Positions 19,428 to 27,614 of a DNA stretch of 64,000 nt are shown here, piece after piece. The notes under the pieces were generated by a model. It had not been told where the DNA came from, searched no databases, and worked only from the letters and a program-made list of their open reading frames with translations. The stretch lies in contig JBGQFW010000010.1 in NCBI GenBank assembly GCA_041497115.1, forward strand, positions 113 through 64,112, read 5' to 3'. Position 1 is the stretch's first letter. The number at the start of each line of letters is the position of its first letter. This DNA comes from Candidatus Methylomirabilia bacterium. Its GTDB lineage: Bacteria > Methylomirabilota > Methylomirabilia > Rokubacteriales > CSP1-6. The position numbers and the translations under genes were made by a program.

Positions 19428-20780
19428 ATGAACTCAGTTCTGGTCATCGACGACGAACGCAACATCCGCTCCCTCGTCGCGCGGGTGCTCGCCCAGGACA
19501 ACATCGAGATCCACACCGCCGGCACCGGCAAGGAGGGGCTCGAGCTGGCCGACCAGGTCGATCCCGACCTCGCGCTGGTAGATCTTCGATTGCCCGATAT
19601 CGACGGCATCCAGGTGCTGCGCGAGCTGCGGACACGCCACCCGCAGACGGCCGTCATCATGATCACGGCGTTCGGCCACATCGAGAGCGTGGTGGTGGCC
19701 ATGAAGAACGGCGCCACCGACTATCTCGAGAAGCCCTTCCAGCACCTCGAGAAGCTGCGCATCACGGTGAGCCGGGCGCTCGAAGAGGTCAAGGCCCGGC
19801 GCGAGATCAACCGGCTGCAGGGGCTGCAGCAGGGGCGGTACCGGACCGCCCAGATCATCGGTGAGTCCACCACCACCCGGCGGCTGCGGGAGGTGATCAC
19901 GCAGCTGGCGCAGAGCGAGGCGCACACGATCCTCGTGCAGGGCGAGAGCGGCACCGGCAAGGAGCTCGTCGCGCGGGGGCTGCACTTCGAGAGCGCGCGC
20001 CGCACCTCGCCGTTCATGGAGGTCAACTGCGCGGCGATCACCGAGACGCTCTTCGAGAGCGAGATCTTCGGCCACGAGAAGGGCGCCTTCACCGACGCCA
20101 AGGCCACCAAGAAGGGGCTGATGGAGCTGGCCGACGACGGCACGCTCTTCCTCGACGAGGTGGGCGAGATTCCCCTCGCGAGCCAGGCCAAGCTGCTCCG
20201 GTGCCTGCAGGAGCGCACCTTCAAGCGGGTGGGCGGGATCCGCGATCTCAAGGTGGACGTGCGCGTCATCGCCGCCACCAACCGGTCGCTGGAGACGATG
20301 GTGAAGGAGGGGAAGTTCCGCGAGGACCTCTTCTATCGCCTGAACGTCATCCCGCTCACGATTCCGCCGCTGCGCGAGCGGAAGGAGGACATCCTGCCGC
20401 TCGCCCGCCACTTCCTGGTCGAGGCGAACAGCACCTTCCACAAGACCGTCAAGCGCCTGGCCACCGAGACCGAGACGCTCCTGCTGGCCTACGCCTGGCC
20501 GGGCAACGTCCGCGAGCTCAAGAATCTCATCGAGCGGCTCGTGATCCTCAGCACCGGCGACACGATCGAGGCCGATCAGCTGCCGATGCCGGTCTCCGGC
20601 GCGGGCGACGGCCCGCTGGCCGAGGAAGTCTCCCGCGAGCCGCGCACCCTGGAGGCGGTCGAGCGCTCTTACATCCTCAAGGTGCTCCGTCAGGTCAACG
20701 GCAACAAGAGCGAGGCAGCCAAGATTCTCGGCATCACCCGCCAGACCCTCCGCAAGAAGCTCCCCGAAGCCTCGGCCTGA
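19428..20780 (+). CDS. Sigma-54-dependent response regulator (NtrC family: REC, AAA+, Fis-type HTH)
   Basis: REC domain (VLVIDDE...DLRLPDIDG...KP). Walker [15 protein letters not shown], the sigma-54 contact (GAFTGA) motif. LFLDEVGE. C-terminal [23 protein letters not shown]. Confidence 0.9.
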   Translation: MNSVLVIDDERNIRSLVARVLAQDNIEIHTAGTGKEGLELADQVDPDLALVDLRLPDIDGIQVLRELRTRHPQTAVIMITAFGHIESVVVAMKNGATDYLEKPFQHLEKLRITVSRALEEVKARREINRLQGLQQGRYRTAQIIGESTTTRRLREVITQLAQSEAHTILVQGESGTGKELVARGLHFESARRTSPFMEVNCAAITETLFESEIFGHEKGAFTDAKATKKGLMELADDGTLFLDEVGEIPLASQAKLLRCLQERTFKRVGGIRDLKVDVRVIAATNRSLETMVKEGKFREDLFYRLNVIPLTIPPLRERKEDILPLARHFLVEANSTFHKTVKRLATETETLLLAYAWPGNVRELKNLIERLVILSTGDTIEADQLPMPVSGAGDGPLAEEVSREPRTLEAVERSYILKVLRQVNGNKSEAAKILGITRQTLRKKLPEASA

Positions 20781-20789
20781 GCCCCTGAT

Positions 20790-20842
20790 TGATTCCTGAC
20801 CGCCCCCCCGGGCTGGGGGCCAGGGGGCCTGGATAGGAATCA
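20790..20842 (+). promoter_or_regulatory. Imperfect palindrome TGATTCC...GCCCCC...GGGGGC...GGAATCA. It is a candidate enhancer (UAS) for promoter P1, or alternatively a stem-loop after the NtrC-family gene.
   Basis: Outer 7-bp arms at 20790-20796 and 20836-20842, with inner 6-bp arms at 20802-20807 and 20823-20828. The GGAAT box starts exactly 87 nt upstream of the -24 GG, the same spacing as at P2. Confidence 0.4.
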
Positions 20843-20921
20843 GCCGGAAGGCCTGAAGCGCCACTGCGACAGGCATCAAAAACTCGATGTGAATAAGGGA
20901 GTTGTGGTCCACAGTCGGGTT

Positions 20922-20937
20922 TGGTACCCGCCTTGCG
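20922..20937 (+). promoter_or_regulatory. Sigma-54 (-24/-12) promoter P1: TGGTACCCGCCTTGCG
   Basis: GG (20923-20924) and GC (20935-20936) are separated by exactly 10 nt, matching TGGYAC-N5-TTGC. It lies 47 nt upstream of the ATG at 20984 and directly downstream of a sigma-54 activator gene. Confidence 0.7.
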
Positions 20938-20983
20938 TAACACCGGTCACGGTCGTCAGAGAGGCACGGGGGGGCAATTGACG

Positions 20984-22822
20984 ATGAGGCTGGCCATCCG
21001 GAAGGTGCAGATCGAGGACGCCGCGAAGCTGCAGATGCTGGTGGCGGAGAACATCGACGCCATCGAGCCCGGGCTCGTCGTCCTCGACTCGCGCCTGATC
21101 CTCGGCCATGCCACGATCGACGTGATCGGCGCGGACGCCGCCGGCGCGCTGGTGCTGATCGCCGCCGGCATCACCGCCAACGAGGAGATGCTGCTCAAGG
21201 CGGTCGAGGCGTATTCGTGGTGCCGCGAGTATCCCGAGTCGCTCGAGCGGCTCTACCCGAGCTGCGTGATCTCCGATGAGCGGCCTCCGCGCCTCATGTT
21301 CGTCGTCGAGCGGATGCCCGACGCCTTCCAGCGCAAGATCCGGCAGCTCGGCTTCCCCGAGGTGGACTGCGTCGAGTTCCGGCTGCTCGACGTCGAAGGC
21401 GCGAGTGCCGTCTACTTCGAGCCCATTCTGAAGATCCGGCGCGCCATCGCGGCGCCCGACCGGCCGGCGCCGCGGATCGAGACGCCGGCACCCGAGGCCG
21501 GCGCCGCCGCGACGGGCGACAAGGTGATCGCGATGAACGGCGCGCTCGCCGCCCGCGCCACCAGCCTCAAGCTCCAGAAGCTCCTGAACCAGGCCGTGGC
21601 CGAGGGGCCGATCACGGGCCCGCGTGCCGCCGACCGGCCGGCGCCCCCGCGCGAGCCGGCGTCGGTGGTGAGCATGGTGAGCCGCCAGTCCATCGCCAGG
21701 GTGCCGCGGCCCGAGCGCCCGCGCCCGGCCGTCGAGCCGGTGGCGCTGCGCCAGCCGCAGCCGCTGATCGCCGCGCCGGCGGCGAGCGTCGTCGAGCCGG
21801 AGCCGGCCCCGCGGCCCGAGCCCGAGCCGATCGTCGCGCCCGAGCGGCCGACGCTGCAGCTGGAGGCGCCGGTGGCCGTCGCCGAGCCGGCGGCGGTCGC
21901 CGAGCTGGTGGCCGCGCTCGCGCCGGTGAGCGCCGACGCCGCGCCGCTGGCCGTCGTCGAGCCCGTGGTGGTCGCGGAGGCGGTGCCCGAGCCGGTCGCC
22001 ATCGCGCCGGATGCCGCGATCGTGGCGCAGCTCGAGCGCGCCCTCGCCGAGCTCGAGACCGAGCGCCGGCCCGAGACCATCGCCGTCGAGCCGGAGCCCG
22101 CGCTCGAGACGCTCACTGTCGTCGCGACCCCGGAGCCGGCGCTCGAGACCGAGCGCGTCAGCCTGCGGTGCCTGTCCGAGCTCTCGATCGACCCGAGGGA
22201 GCCGGCCGCGCTGTCGACGCCGAGCGCGCCGGTCGTCGTCGCGCCCGAGCCCGCCGTCGCCGTCGAGGCCGAGCCTCAGGAGAAGCGCATCTCCTTCAAG
22301 GATCTGGCCGCCGCGCTGCTCGGCGGACCCGCCGCCGCCGCGCCCGTCGCGCCGGTGGCGGCGGCGCCCATCGTCGCCACGGCGCCCGTCGAGATCGAGC
22401 CGGTCGTGGTCTCGATCGTGATCGAGCCGGTGACGACCGTGGCCGAGCCCGAGCCGGCGCTCGCGCTGGTCGAGCGCGAGCCCGCGACGCCCGCCGAGCC
22501 CGAGACGTCGCGGGCCGCCCTCGAGGAGATCGTCGCGCTCGCCGCCGTCGAGACGCCCGAGATCGAGACGGCCATCGACATCGACGAGCCAGCCGGCGAG
22601 GATACGCTGACCGTGGAGGCCCTGGTCCAGAGCGTGCCCGTCGCCACTCCGGCGCAGGCGCCGACGCCCCCCGCGGCCGTGATCGAGCAGCAGGTCACCG
22701 ACACCGCCAAGCAGGTGCTGACGGCGATGCCCCAGGAATTCGAGGGGCTCAAGTTCCCCAACGACGGAGTGCTGACGCGCCAGTGGATGGAGTTTCTCAG
22801 CCAGATGTCGAACACGAAGTAG
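20984..22822 (+). CDS. Hypothetical protein: an N-terminal globular domain of about 160 aa (possibly a degenerate NucS/PD-(D/E)xK-like fold), a Pro/Ala/Glu/Val-rich acidic low-complexity region of about 400 aa, and a short C-terminal motif
   Basis: The ATG at 20984 is chosen because the track start at 20921 lies inside the promoter. N-terminus: MRLAIRKVQIEDAAKLQMLVAENIDAIEPGLVVLDSRLILGHATIDVIGADAAGALVLIAAG. Tail: FEGLKFPNDGVLTRQWMEFLSQMSNTK. Confidence 0.65.
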   Translation: MRLAIRKVQIEDAAKLQMLVAENIDAIEPGLVVLDSRLILGHATIDVIGADAAGALVLIAAGITANEEMLLKAVEAYSWCREYPESLERLYPSCVISDERPPRLMFVVERMPDAFQRKIRQLGFPEVDCVEFRLLDVEGASAVYFEPILKIRRAIAAPDRPAPRIETPAPEAGAAATGDKVIAMNGALAARATSLKLQKLLNQAVAEGPITGPRAADRPAPPREPASVVSMVSRQSIARVPRPERPRPAVEPVALRQPQPLIAAPAASVVEPEPAPRPEPEPIVAPERPTLQLEAPVAVAEPAAVAELVAALAPVSADAAPLAVVEPVVVAEAVPEPVAIAPDAAIVAQLERALAELETERRPETIAVEPEPALETLTVVATPEPALETERVSLRCLSELSIDPREPAALSTPSAPVVVAPEPAVAVEAEPQEKRISFKDLAAALLGGPAAAAPVAPVAAAPIVATAPVEIEPVVVSIVIEPVTTVAEPEPALALVEREPATPAEPETSRAALEEIVALAAVETPEIETAIDIDEPAGEDTLTVEALVQSVPVATPAQAPTPPAAVIEQQVTDTAKQVLTAMPQEFEGLKFPNDGVLTRQWMEFLSQMSNTK

Positions 22823-22836
22823 TGGGAAAGGAATTC

Positions 22837-24378
22837 ATGTCCTCTCCGGTGCCGGTGGTGCCCGCTCCCGAACCCCTGCGCGTCCTGGTCGTCGACGACA
22901 ACGCGTCGCTGCTGCGCTTCCTGGTGTCGGCCTTCTCGGCCAACGGCTGCACCGTCAGCCAGGCCGCCGCCGCCGAGCAGGCGCTGGGGCAGATCACCGA
23001 GCAGGCGTTCGACCTCGTCGTCTCCGACATCAAGATGCCCGGACTGTCGGGGCTCGACCTGCTCCGCGCGGTGAAGGGCAAGCAGCCGGCGACGCCGGTC
23101 GTGCTCATCACCGGCAACCCGTCGGTGAACTCGGCGGTGTTCGGCCTGCGCCATGGCGCCTACGACTACCTGCCGAAGCCGTTCTCGATCCGGGAGATCC
23201 AGCAGCTGCTGGCCCGCGTGCGCAGTGACCGCCAGAAGTGGGACGGCCAGGCGCCGCTGCCGGCCGGGCTCACCGAGGAGCTGGCCCGCCGCCAGCGGGG
23301 CGTGGAGGTCCTGTTCCGCATCGGCGACCTCGCGCTGCAGGGGCTGGACACCGCCACCTTCGTGGACGAGGTGCTCCGGCTCATGGTGCAGAGCCTCAAG
23401 AGCGACGCCGCCCTCGTGCTCCTGCGCGACGAGCAGGGCACGTTCAGCTCGAGCCAGCAGGGCGAGCCGACGCTGGTCACCCGCCTGCTGACGATGCTGC
23501 AGCGGTCGTTCGAGGACCTGGTCGCCACCGGCGGCAAGGAGATCCTCCCGCTCGCGACCGGCGGCGAGCCGCTCGACGCGATCGCCGCCGTCATTCCCGG
23601 TCTTGGGCGCTCCATGGGCATCGTCTGCCTGGCCCGCGAGACGGACTCCGGTGGCTTCCTGCCCGACGAGCGCGAGATGCTGCTCGGCTACGCCCAGACC
23701 ACGGCGGTGGCGCTGCAGAAGCTGATCCTGCGCGAGAACGTCGAGCGCAACCTCGTCGACACGATCACCGCCTTCGTCAACGCGATCGAGTCCAAGGACC
23801 GGTACCTGAAGGGCCACTCGGCGCGCGTCGCCCTCTTCGCGGCGGAGATCGCCCAGACGCTCGGCATGACGACCGAGATGGTCGACGTCGTCCGGCGCGG
23901 CGCCATGCTGCACGACCTCGGGAAGCTGTCCATCATGGACTCGATCCTCCGCAAGCCCGAGCGGCTGACCGCCGAGGAGTTCGCGATCATCAAGAGCCAT
24001 CCGGTGGTCGGCGCCAGGATCCTCGAGCCCCTCCGCTTCCTCTCCCGCGAGACGTGCGCGGTGCGCCACCATCACGAGCGGTTCGACGGCACCGGCTACC
24101 CCGACGGCCTCCGCGGCGAGGACATCCCGCTGGTGGCGCGGGTGGTGACGGTGGCCGACGTGTTCGACGCGATCACCTCCAACCGGCCGTATCGCACGGC
24201 GATGCCGCTCGACGCGGCCCGGGAGGAGATCGCGCGGGGCTGCGGCAGCCACTTCGATCCGGTCGTGGCGGAAGGGTTCCTCCGGATCCCGATGGCGCGG
24301 CTGGAGGAGATCACCCGCCACTACGAGAGTCTGACGAGCGCCGCCTTGAGCGCGCCCGCGCTGGCCCAGGCGAATTGA
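22837..24378 (+). CDS. Response regulator with REC, GAF and HD-GYP (c-di-GMP phosphodiesterase, RpfG-like) domains
   Basis: SD GGGAAAGGAA precedes the ATG at 22837. REC domain (RVLVVDDN...SDIKMPGLSG...KPF), HD motif (HSARVA...HDLGK) and HHERFDGTGYP. Confidence 0.85.
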   Translation: MSSPVPVVPAPEPLRVLVVDDNASLLRFLVSAFSANGCTVSQAAAAEQALGQITEQAFDLVVSDIKMPGLSGLDLLRAVKGKQPATPVVLITGNPSVNSAVFGLRHGAYDYLPKPFSIREIQQLLARVRSDRQKWDGQAPLPAGLTEELARRQRGVEVLFRIGDLALQGLDTATFVDEVLRLMVQSLKSDAALVLLRDEQGTFSSSQQGEPTLVTRLLTMLQRSFEDLVATGGKEILPLATGGEPLDAIAAVIPGLGRSMGIVCLARETDSGGFLPDEREMLLGYAQTTAVALQKLILRENVERNLVDTITAFVNAIESKDRYLKGHSARVALFAAEIAQTLGMTTEMVDVVRRGAMLHDLGKLSIMDSILRKPERLTAEEFAIIKSHPVVGARILEPLRFLSRETCAVRHHHERFDGTGYPDGLRGEDIPLVARVVTVADVFDAITSNRPYRTAMPLDAAREEIARGCGSHFDPVVAEGFLRIPMARLEEITRHYESLTSAALSAPALAQAN

Positions 24379-24752
24379 CGACGCCGCGCAAGAAGATCCT
24401 CATCGTGGACGACGCGGGGCCGGTGGTCGTGCTCTGCGTCAACGTGCTGCAGGCGCTGGGCTACGCCGTCAAGGGCGCCAATCGCGGCGAGGCCGCGCTC
24501 GAGCTCCTCGGCAAGGAGCCGTTCGATCTGATGGTGCTCGACTACAAGATGCCGGGGCTGAGCGGCTTCGAGGTCTTCGCGCAGGCCCGGCCGCTCCACC
24601 CCAACATGGCCATCGTGCTCGTGACCGGGCACGGCACTCCGGAGATCGTCAGCGAGGCCACTCGCATGGGTTTCAGCGCTATCCTACTCAAGCCGTTCAC
24701 GTCCGACGAGCTGCGCGGGACCGTTGAAAAGGTCCTGGCGGACCGCGGTTGA
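24375..24752 (+). CDS. Single-domain CheY-like response regulator
   Basis: KKILIVDD...LDYKMPGLSGFEV...LVTGHG...LLKPF. The only start upstream of the REC core is the TTG at 24375, which overlaps the previous stop (TTGA). Confidence 0.7.
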   Translation: MTTPRKKILIVDDAGPVVVLCVNVLQALGYAVKGANRGEAALELLGKEPFDLMVLDYKMPGLSGFEVFAQARPLHPNMAIVLVTGHGTPEIVSEATRMGFSAILLKPFTSDELRGTVEKVLADRG

Positions 24753-24818
24753 CGGGGGCTCGCGATGCACCCGCAGCCAAGCGTACACGCTCGCGGTTCG
24801 GCCACGGCGGAGGTCGTA

Positions 24819-25565
24819 ATGGGTTCCCTCCACAGCGGGTTGCAGTGGGGTGTCGACCGGATGCTGTCGGTCGGCTACGGCCTGCTCTACGACTATATCT
24901 TCGAGAAGTTCACCCCCTACCAGCACCTGCGCACGGAGGTGCTGGAGCTGATCGCCGCCTCGGCCAAGGAGGCGCCGGACCGCCGCGACGTGCAGGTCCT
25001 CGACGTCGACTGCGGGCCGGGCAACCTGACCTTCGTGATCGCGGAAGCCGGCTTCTCCGTCGTGGGGCTGGAGCCCTACGGCGCCCTGGTCGAGCTGGCC
25101 CGGGAAAAGCGGCGCGCCAAGCGCCTGGCCAATCTCGCGTTCACCCAGGGCGACCTCGCCACCGGAAAGACGTTGCGCGAGGGGTCGTTCGACCAGGTCG
25201 TGAACGTGCACTCGCTCTACGCGCACGCGGATCCGAAGGCGCTACTGGTCCAGGTCCACCGGGTGCTCAAGCCCGGCGGCCACGCCGTCTTCGTGAACCA
25301 CACGCGACGGGCGGACGTGCGCGCGACGTTCCGCGAGGTGCGGGCCCGCGAGGGGCTGGCCTCCGCGCTGCGCTGCCTGTTCCTCTGGCTGCTGCCGCAC
25401 TCGCTGTTCGAGGCCGCCCGCCGGCGGACCGGACCTCACTACTGGGGCGAGGCCGAATTCGCCTCGAACCTGCGCGCGGCGGGGTTCACGGTGCTGCAGG
25501 TCCGGCGCACGTTCCTCAACGGCGCCAGCCTGCTCGTCTGGGTCCGGAAGAACACGGCGGAGTAG
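24819..25565 (+). CDS. Class I SAM-dependent methyltransferase (paralog 1)
   Basis: VLDVDCGPGNL motif I and VLKPGGHAVF. The ATG at 24819 has a GGAGG SD at 5-nt spacing. The track start at 24765 is also possible. Confidence 0.75.
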   Translation: MGSLHSGLQWGVDRMLSVGYGLLYDYIFEKFTPYQHLRTEVLELIAASAKEAPDRRDVQVLDVDCGPGNLTFVIAEAGFSVVGLEPYGALVELAREKRRAKRLANLAFTQGDLATGKTLREGSFDQVVNVHSLYAHADPKALLVQVHRVLKPGGHAVFVNHTRRADVRATFREVRAREGLASALRCLFLWLLPHSLFEAARRRTGPHYWGEAEFASNLRAAGFTVLQVRRTFLNGASLLVWVRKNTAE

Positions 25566-25568
25566 CGG

Positions 25569-26327
25569 ATGGAGCTCGCGGGATCGATGGGTAATCGCGT
25601 CGCGTCGCCGCCGACCCTCGAGCGGCTGATCGCGGTCGGCTACGGGCTGACCTACGACGCCATCGTCCGCGGCTTCGGCCCGTACGAGGCGCTGCTCGAC
25701 GAGATCGTGGCCCTGGTGGGGCGCGCCGCGGTGCCGGGCCCGCCCACCGGCACGCGCGTGCTCGACGTCTCGTGCGGGATCGGCACCGTCGCCGAGCGGC
25801 TGGCCCGTCGCGGCTGGACGGTGGTGGCGCTCGACCCGGTCGCGCATCTGGTCGGTGTGGCCCGCCGACACCATCGCGACAGCGGCCTGTCGCTCAGCTT
25901 CCAGCACCTCGACGTCGCCCGCGAGCCTCCGCCCGAGGCCGGCACCTACGACGTCCTCGTCAGCATGCACACGCTCTACTGGCATCCCGATCCTGCCGCG
26001 TTGCTGGCGGCCTGCCGGCGGGCGCTGCGACCGGGCGGCTACGCGGTGTTCCTGACGTACGAGCGGCCCGCCCACGTGCTCCGCACGTTCGCGCAGGTGC
26101 GCGCGCAGCGCGGCTGGCTCCAGGCCCTGCGCGCCCTGCGCTGGCTCCTGCCGACGGCGCTGTTCGACGCGTTCCGCAGCGTCCGGCCCCGCTATCTGAG
26201 CCGGACGGAGTTCCTGGCCGCACTGCAGACGGCGGGCTTCGAGGTGCTGGAGACGCGCGAAACCTTCCTGGCGGGCATCAGCCTGCTGGCCTGGGCCCGG
26301 GTCAGCGACCCCAAGGGGGCGTCGTGA
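25569..26327 (+). CDS. Class I SAM-dependent methyltransferase (paralog 2)
   Basis: VLDVSCGIGTV motif I and ALRPGGYAVF. It is collinear with paralog 1 over its full length (VGYGL.YD.I...F.PY..L....). Confidence 0.75.
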   Translation: MELAGSMGNRVASPPTLERLIAVGYGLTYDAIVRGFGPYEALLDEIVALVGRAAVPGPPTGTRVLDVSCGIGTVAERLARRGWTVVALDPVAHLVGVARRHHRDSGLSLSFQHLDVAREPPPEAGTYDVLVSMHTLYWHPDPAALLAACRRALRPGGYAVFLTYERPAHVLRTFAQVRAQRGWLQALRALRWLLPTALFDAFRSVRPRYLSRTEFLAALQTAGFEVLETRETFLAGISLLAWARVSDPKGAS

Positions 26328-26354
26328 GCCTGATCAAATCGTTTCCGCATGTGC

Positions 26355-26384
26355 CATTCCGCCGGAGGGGTCCGGTAAGGAATG
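26355..26384 (+). promoter_or_regulatory. Palindrome CATTCC-g-CCGGA-gggg-TCCGG-taa-GGAATG. It is a candidate enhancer (UAS) for promoter P2.
   Basis: 6-bp outer arms and 5-bp inner arms. The GGAAT box (26379) starts exactly 87 nt upstream of the -24 GG (26466), as at P1. The two sites share the box AGGAAT(C/G)AGCCG. Confidence 0.4.
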
Positions 26385-26464
26385 AGCCGACCGCGTCGGC
26401 GCACGCAGCGGAGATGATCAATATTCGTCTTATATGGGAGCTATTTATAGCGAGGAGTGGGCGT

Positions 26465-26480
26465 TGGTACCGGCCTTGCT
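26465..26480 (+). promoter_or_regulatory. Sigma-54 (-24/-12) promoter P2: TGGTACCGGCCTTGCT
   Basis: GG (26466-26467) and GC (26478-26479) are separated by 10 nt. It is nearly identical to P1. It lies in a locally AT-richer intergenic region, about 90 nt upstream of the ATG at 26569. Confidence 0.7.
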
Positions 26481-26568
26481 TTACGTAACAGTGCCCGCAA
26501 CCGCGGGGGTCGAGTTGAAGCCTCGCACTGGCAAGCGAGCAAACGGTGAGCGGAGACAGGAGAACGAG

Positions 26569-27246
26569 ATGAACACGATCACGAAGCGAGTCATTGCAGT
26601 CGCAGGCCTGGCAGTCCTGGCGCTGGCCGGGGTGCCGGCCGTTGCCAGTGCAGACGGCGCCCGGCTGTACGAGATGACCGAGAACATGAAGCTGACGGCG
26701 CACGGGAAGTTCGAGCATCGCAAGGCGACGTCCGAGCTGATCGGGACCGCCGACGCCGGCACGCCCCTGTGCCCGGCGTGGCTCGGGGTAGCGTCGTGCA
26801 CGATCAACGCGACGGGCTCGGACAACATCAACCTGGCCACCGGGCTGGGCAACTTCGGCGGGACCTTCACCGTGGTGGTGCAGGGCGACAACAACTCCGA
26901 TTCCCCGGAGTTCGTCGTCATGAAGGGCACCTTCAAGGGCAAGATGGATTTCTCGCCGGCGATCATCTACGGCATTCCGCTCGGTCACGTGGTGGGCAAG
27001 CTGCAGCCCACCGGGAGCGCTGACGTTCCGTTCACCGGCACCTTCCGGCTGCCCTTCGTGCTGCCGTACCCGGATGTGGCGGTGTTCGGGGCTGCGCCGC
27101 TGCCGCTGAACCCGATGGACCGCTACGACGTCACGCAGACGACGCGGCCCCTCTACCTGCTGGACGACATGCAGCAGATCATGCCCGTGCAGGCCAGCGA
27201 GTTCGGGGCCGGCTACGCGACCGTGAAGTTCGAGATCAGCTTCTAG
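26569..27246 (+). CDS. Secreted hypothetical protein (Sec signal peptide, beta-rich, two Cys)
   Basis: SD GGAGACAGGAG. Signal peptide MNTITKRVIAVAGLAVLALAGVPAVASA. I recognise no family. Confidence 0.7.
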   Translation: MNTITKRVIAVAGLAVLALAGVPAVASADGARLYEMTENMKLTAHGKFEHRKATSELIGTADAGTPLCPAWLGVASCTINATGSDNINLATGLGNFGGTFTVVVQGDNNSDSPEFVVMKGTFKGKMDFSPAIIYGIPLGHVVGKLQPTGSADVPFTGTFRLPFVLPYPDVAVFGAAPLPLNPMDRYDVTQTTRPLYLLDDMQQIMPVQASEFGAGYATVKFEISF

Positions 27247-27260
27247 GAGACGCACGGACC

Positions 27261-27614
27261 ATGAGCGCCGTGGCGATCGCAGAGCGTGAGGACCGTCGGA
27301 CGGACGACGCGCAGGCCCTCGAGGGCCTGCTGCGTCTGCGTCTGGCCGGTCCCCTCACCGCGGCCACGGCGCCGACGCTTCGCACGCGCGTGCGGGATGC
27401 GGTCAGCCGCGGCCGGGCGCGCGTGGTCGTGGATCTGCAGGCTGTGACCGGGCTCGATGCCGCCGGCATCGCGGCCCTGCTCGATGCGCGTCGCGTCATC
27501 CAGGCGCAGGACGGCGGCACACTCGTCCTGCGCGCCAACGGAGTCGTGTGCCGGGCGCTCAAGGAAACGGGGACGATCGCCGCCTTCGCGCTCTGGAACG
27601 GTCCCGGAATGTGA
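27261..27614 (+). CDS. STAS-domain protein (anti-sigma-factor-antagonist fold) lacking the phosphorylatable Ser
   Basis: LRLAGPLTAATAPTLR...VVVDLQAVTGLDAAGIAALLDA...LVLRANGVVCRALKETG. The DSSG position reads DAAG. Confidence 0.75.
   Translation: MSAVAIAEREDRRTDDAQALEGLLRLRLAGPLTAATAPTLRTRVRDAVSRGRARVVVDLQAVTGLDAAGIAALLDARRVIQAQDGGTLVLRANGVVCRALKETGTIAAFALWNGPGM

Noticed and set aside
20790-20842. Interpreting the P1 and P2 (26355..26384) palindromes as Rho-independent terminators
   Set aside because: Both form GC-rich stems just after stop codons, but neither is followed by a T-tract. Their identical 87-nt phasing to the sigma-54 -24 element favours an enhancer role. The terminator or attenuator alternative cannot be excluded, so I report them only as candidate regulatory elements.
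20875-20879. IHF sites at the ATCAA boxes (20875-20879 and 26417-26421)
   Set aside because: Both match only the WATCAA core and fail the downstream TTR part of the IHF consensus (WATCAANNNNTTR). I note the conserved spacing but do not call them as IHF sites.
21480-22700. Apparent DNA repetitiveness (GAGCCG/GCGCTCGAGAC-type motifs) as a tandem repeat or CRISPR-like array
   Set aside because: The repeats are short, imperfect and in frame. They reflect codon-level low complexity of a Pro/Ala/Glu/Val-rich coding region, not a spaced repeat array.
19434-24321. Antisense ORFs 19434..20912(-), 21412..22116(-) and 22276..24321(-), and out-of-frame plus-strand ORFs (20201..20788, 22011..22421, 22168.. 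upstream part, 23238.. upstream part)
   Set aside because: They lie opposite to, or out of frame with, the NtrC-like, acidic-protein and HD-GYP genes. Their composition is typical of GC-rich shadows and they have no motifs.
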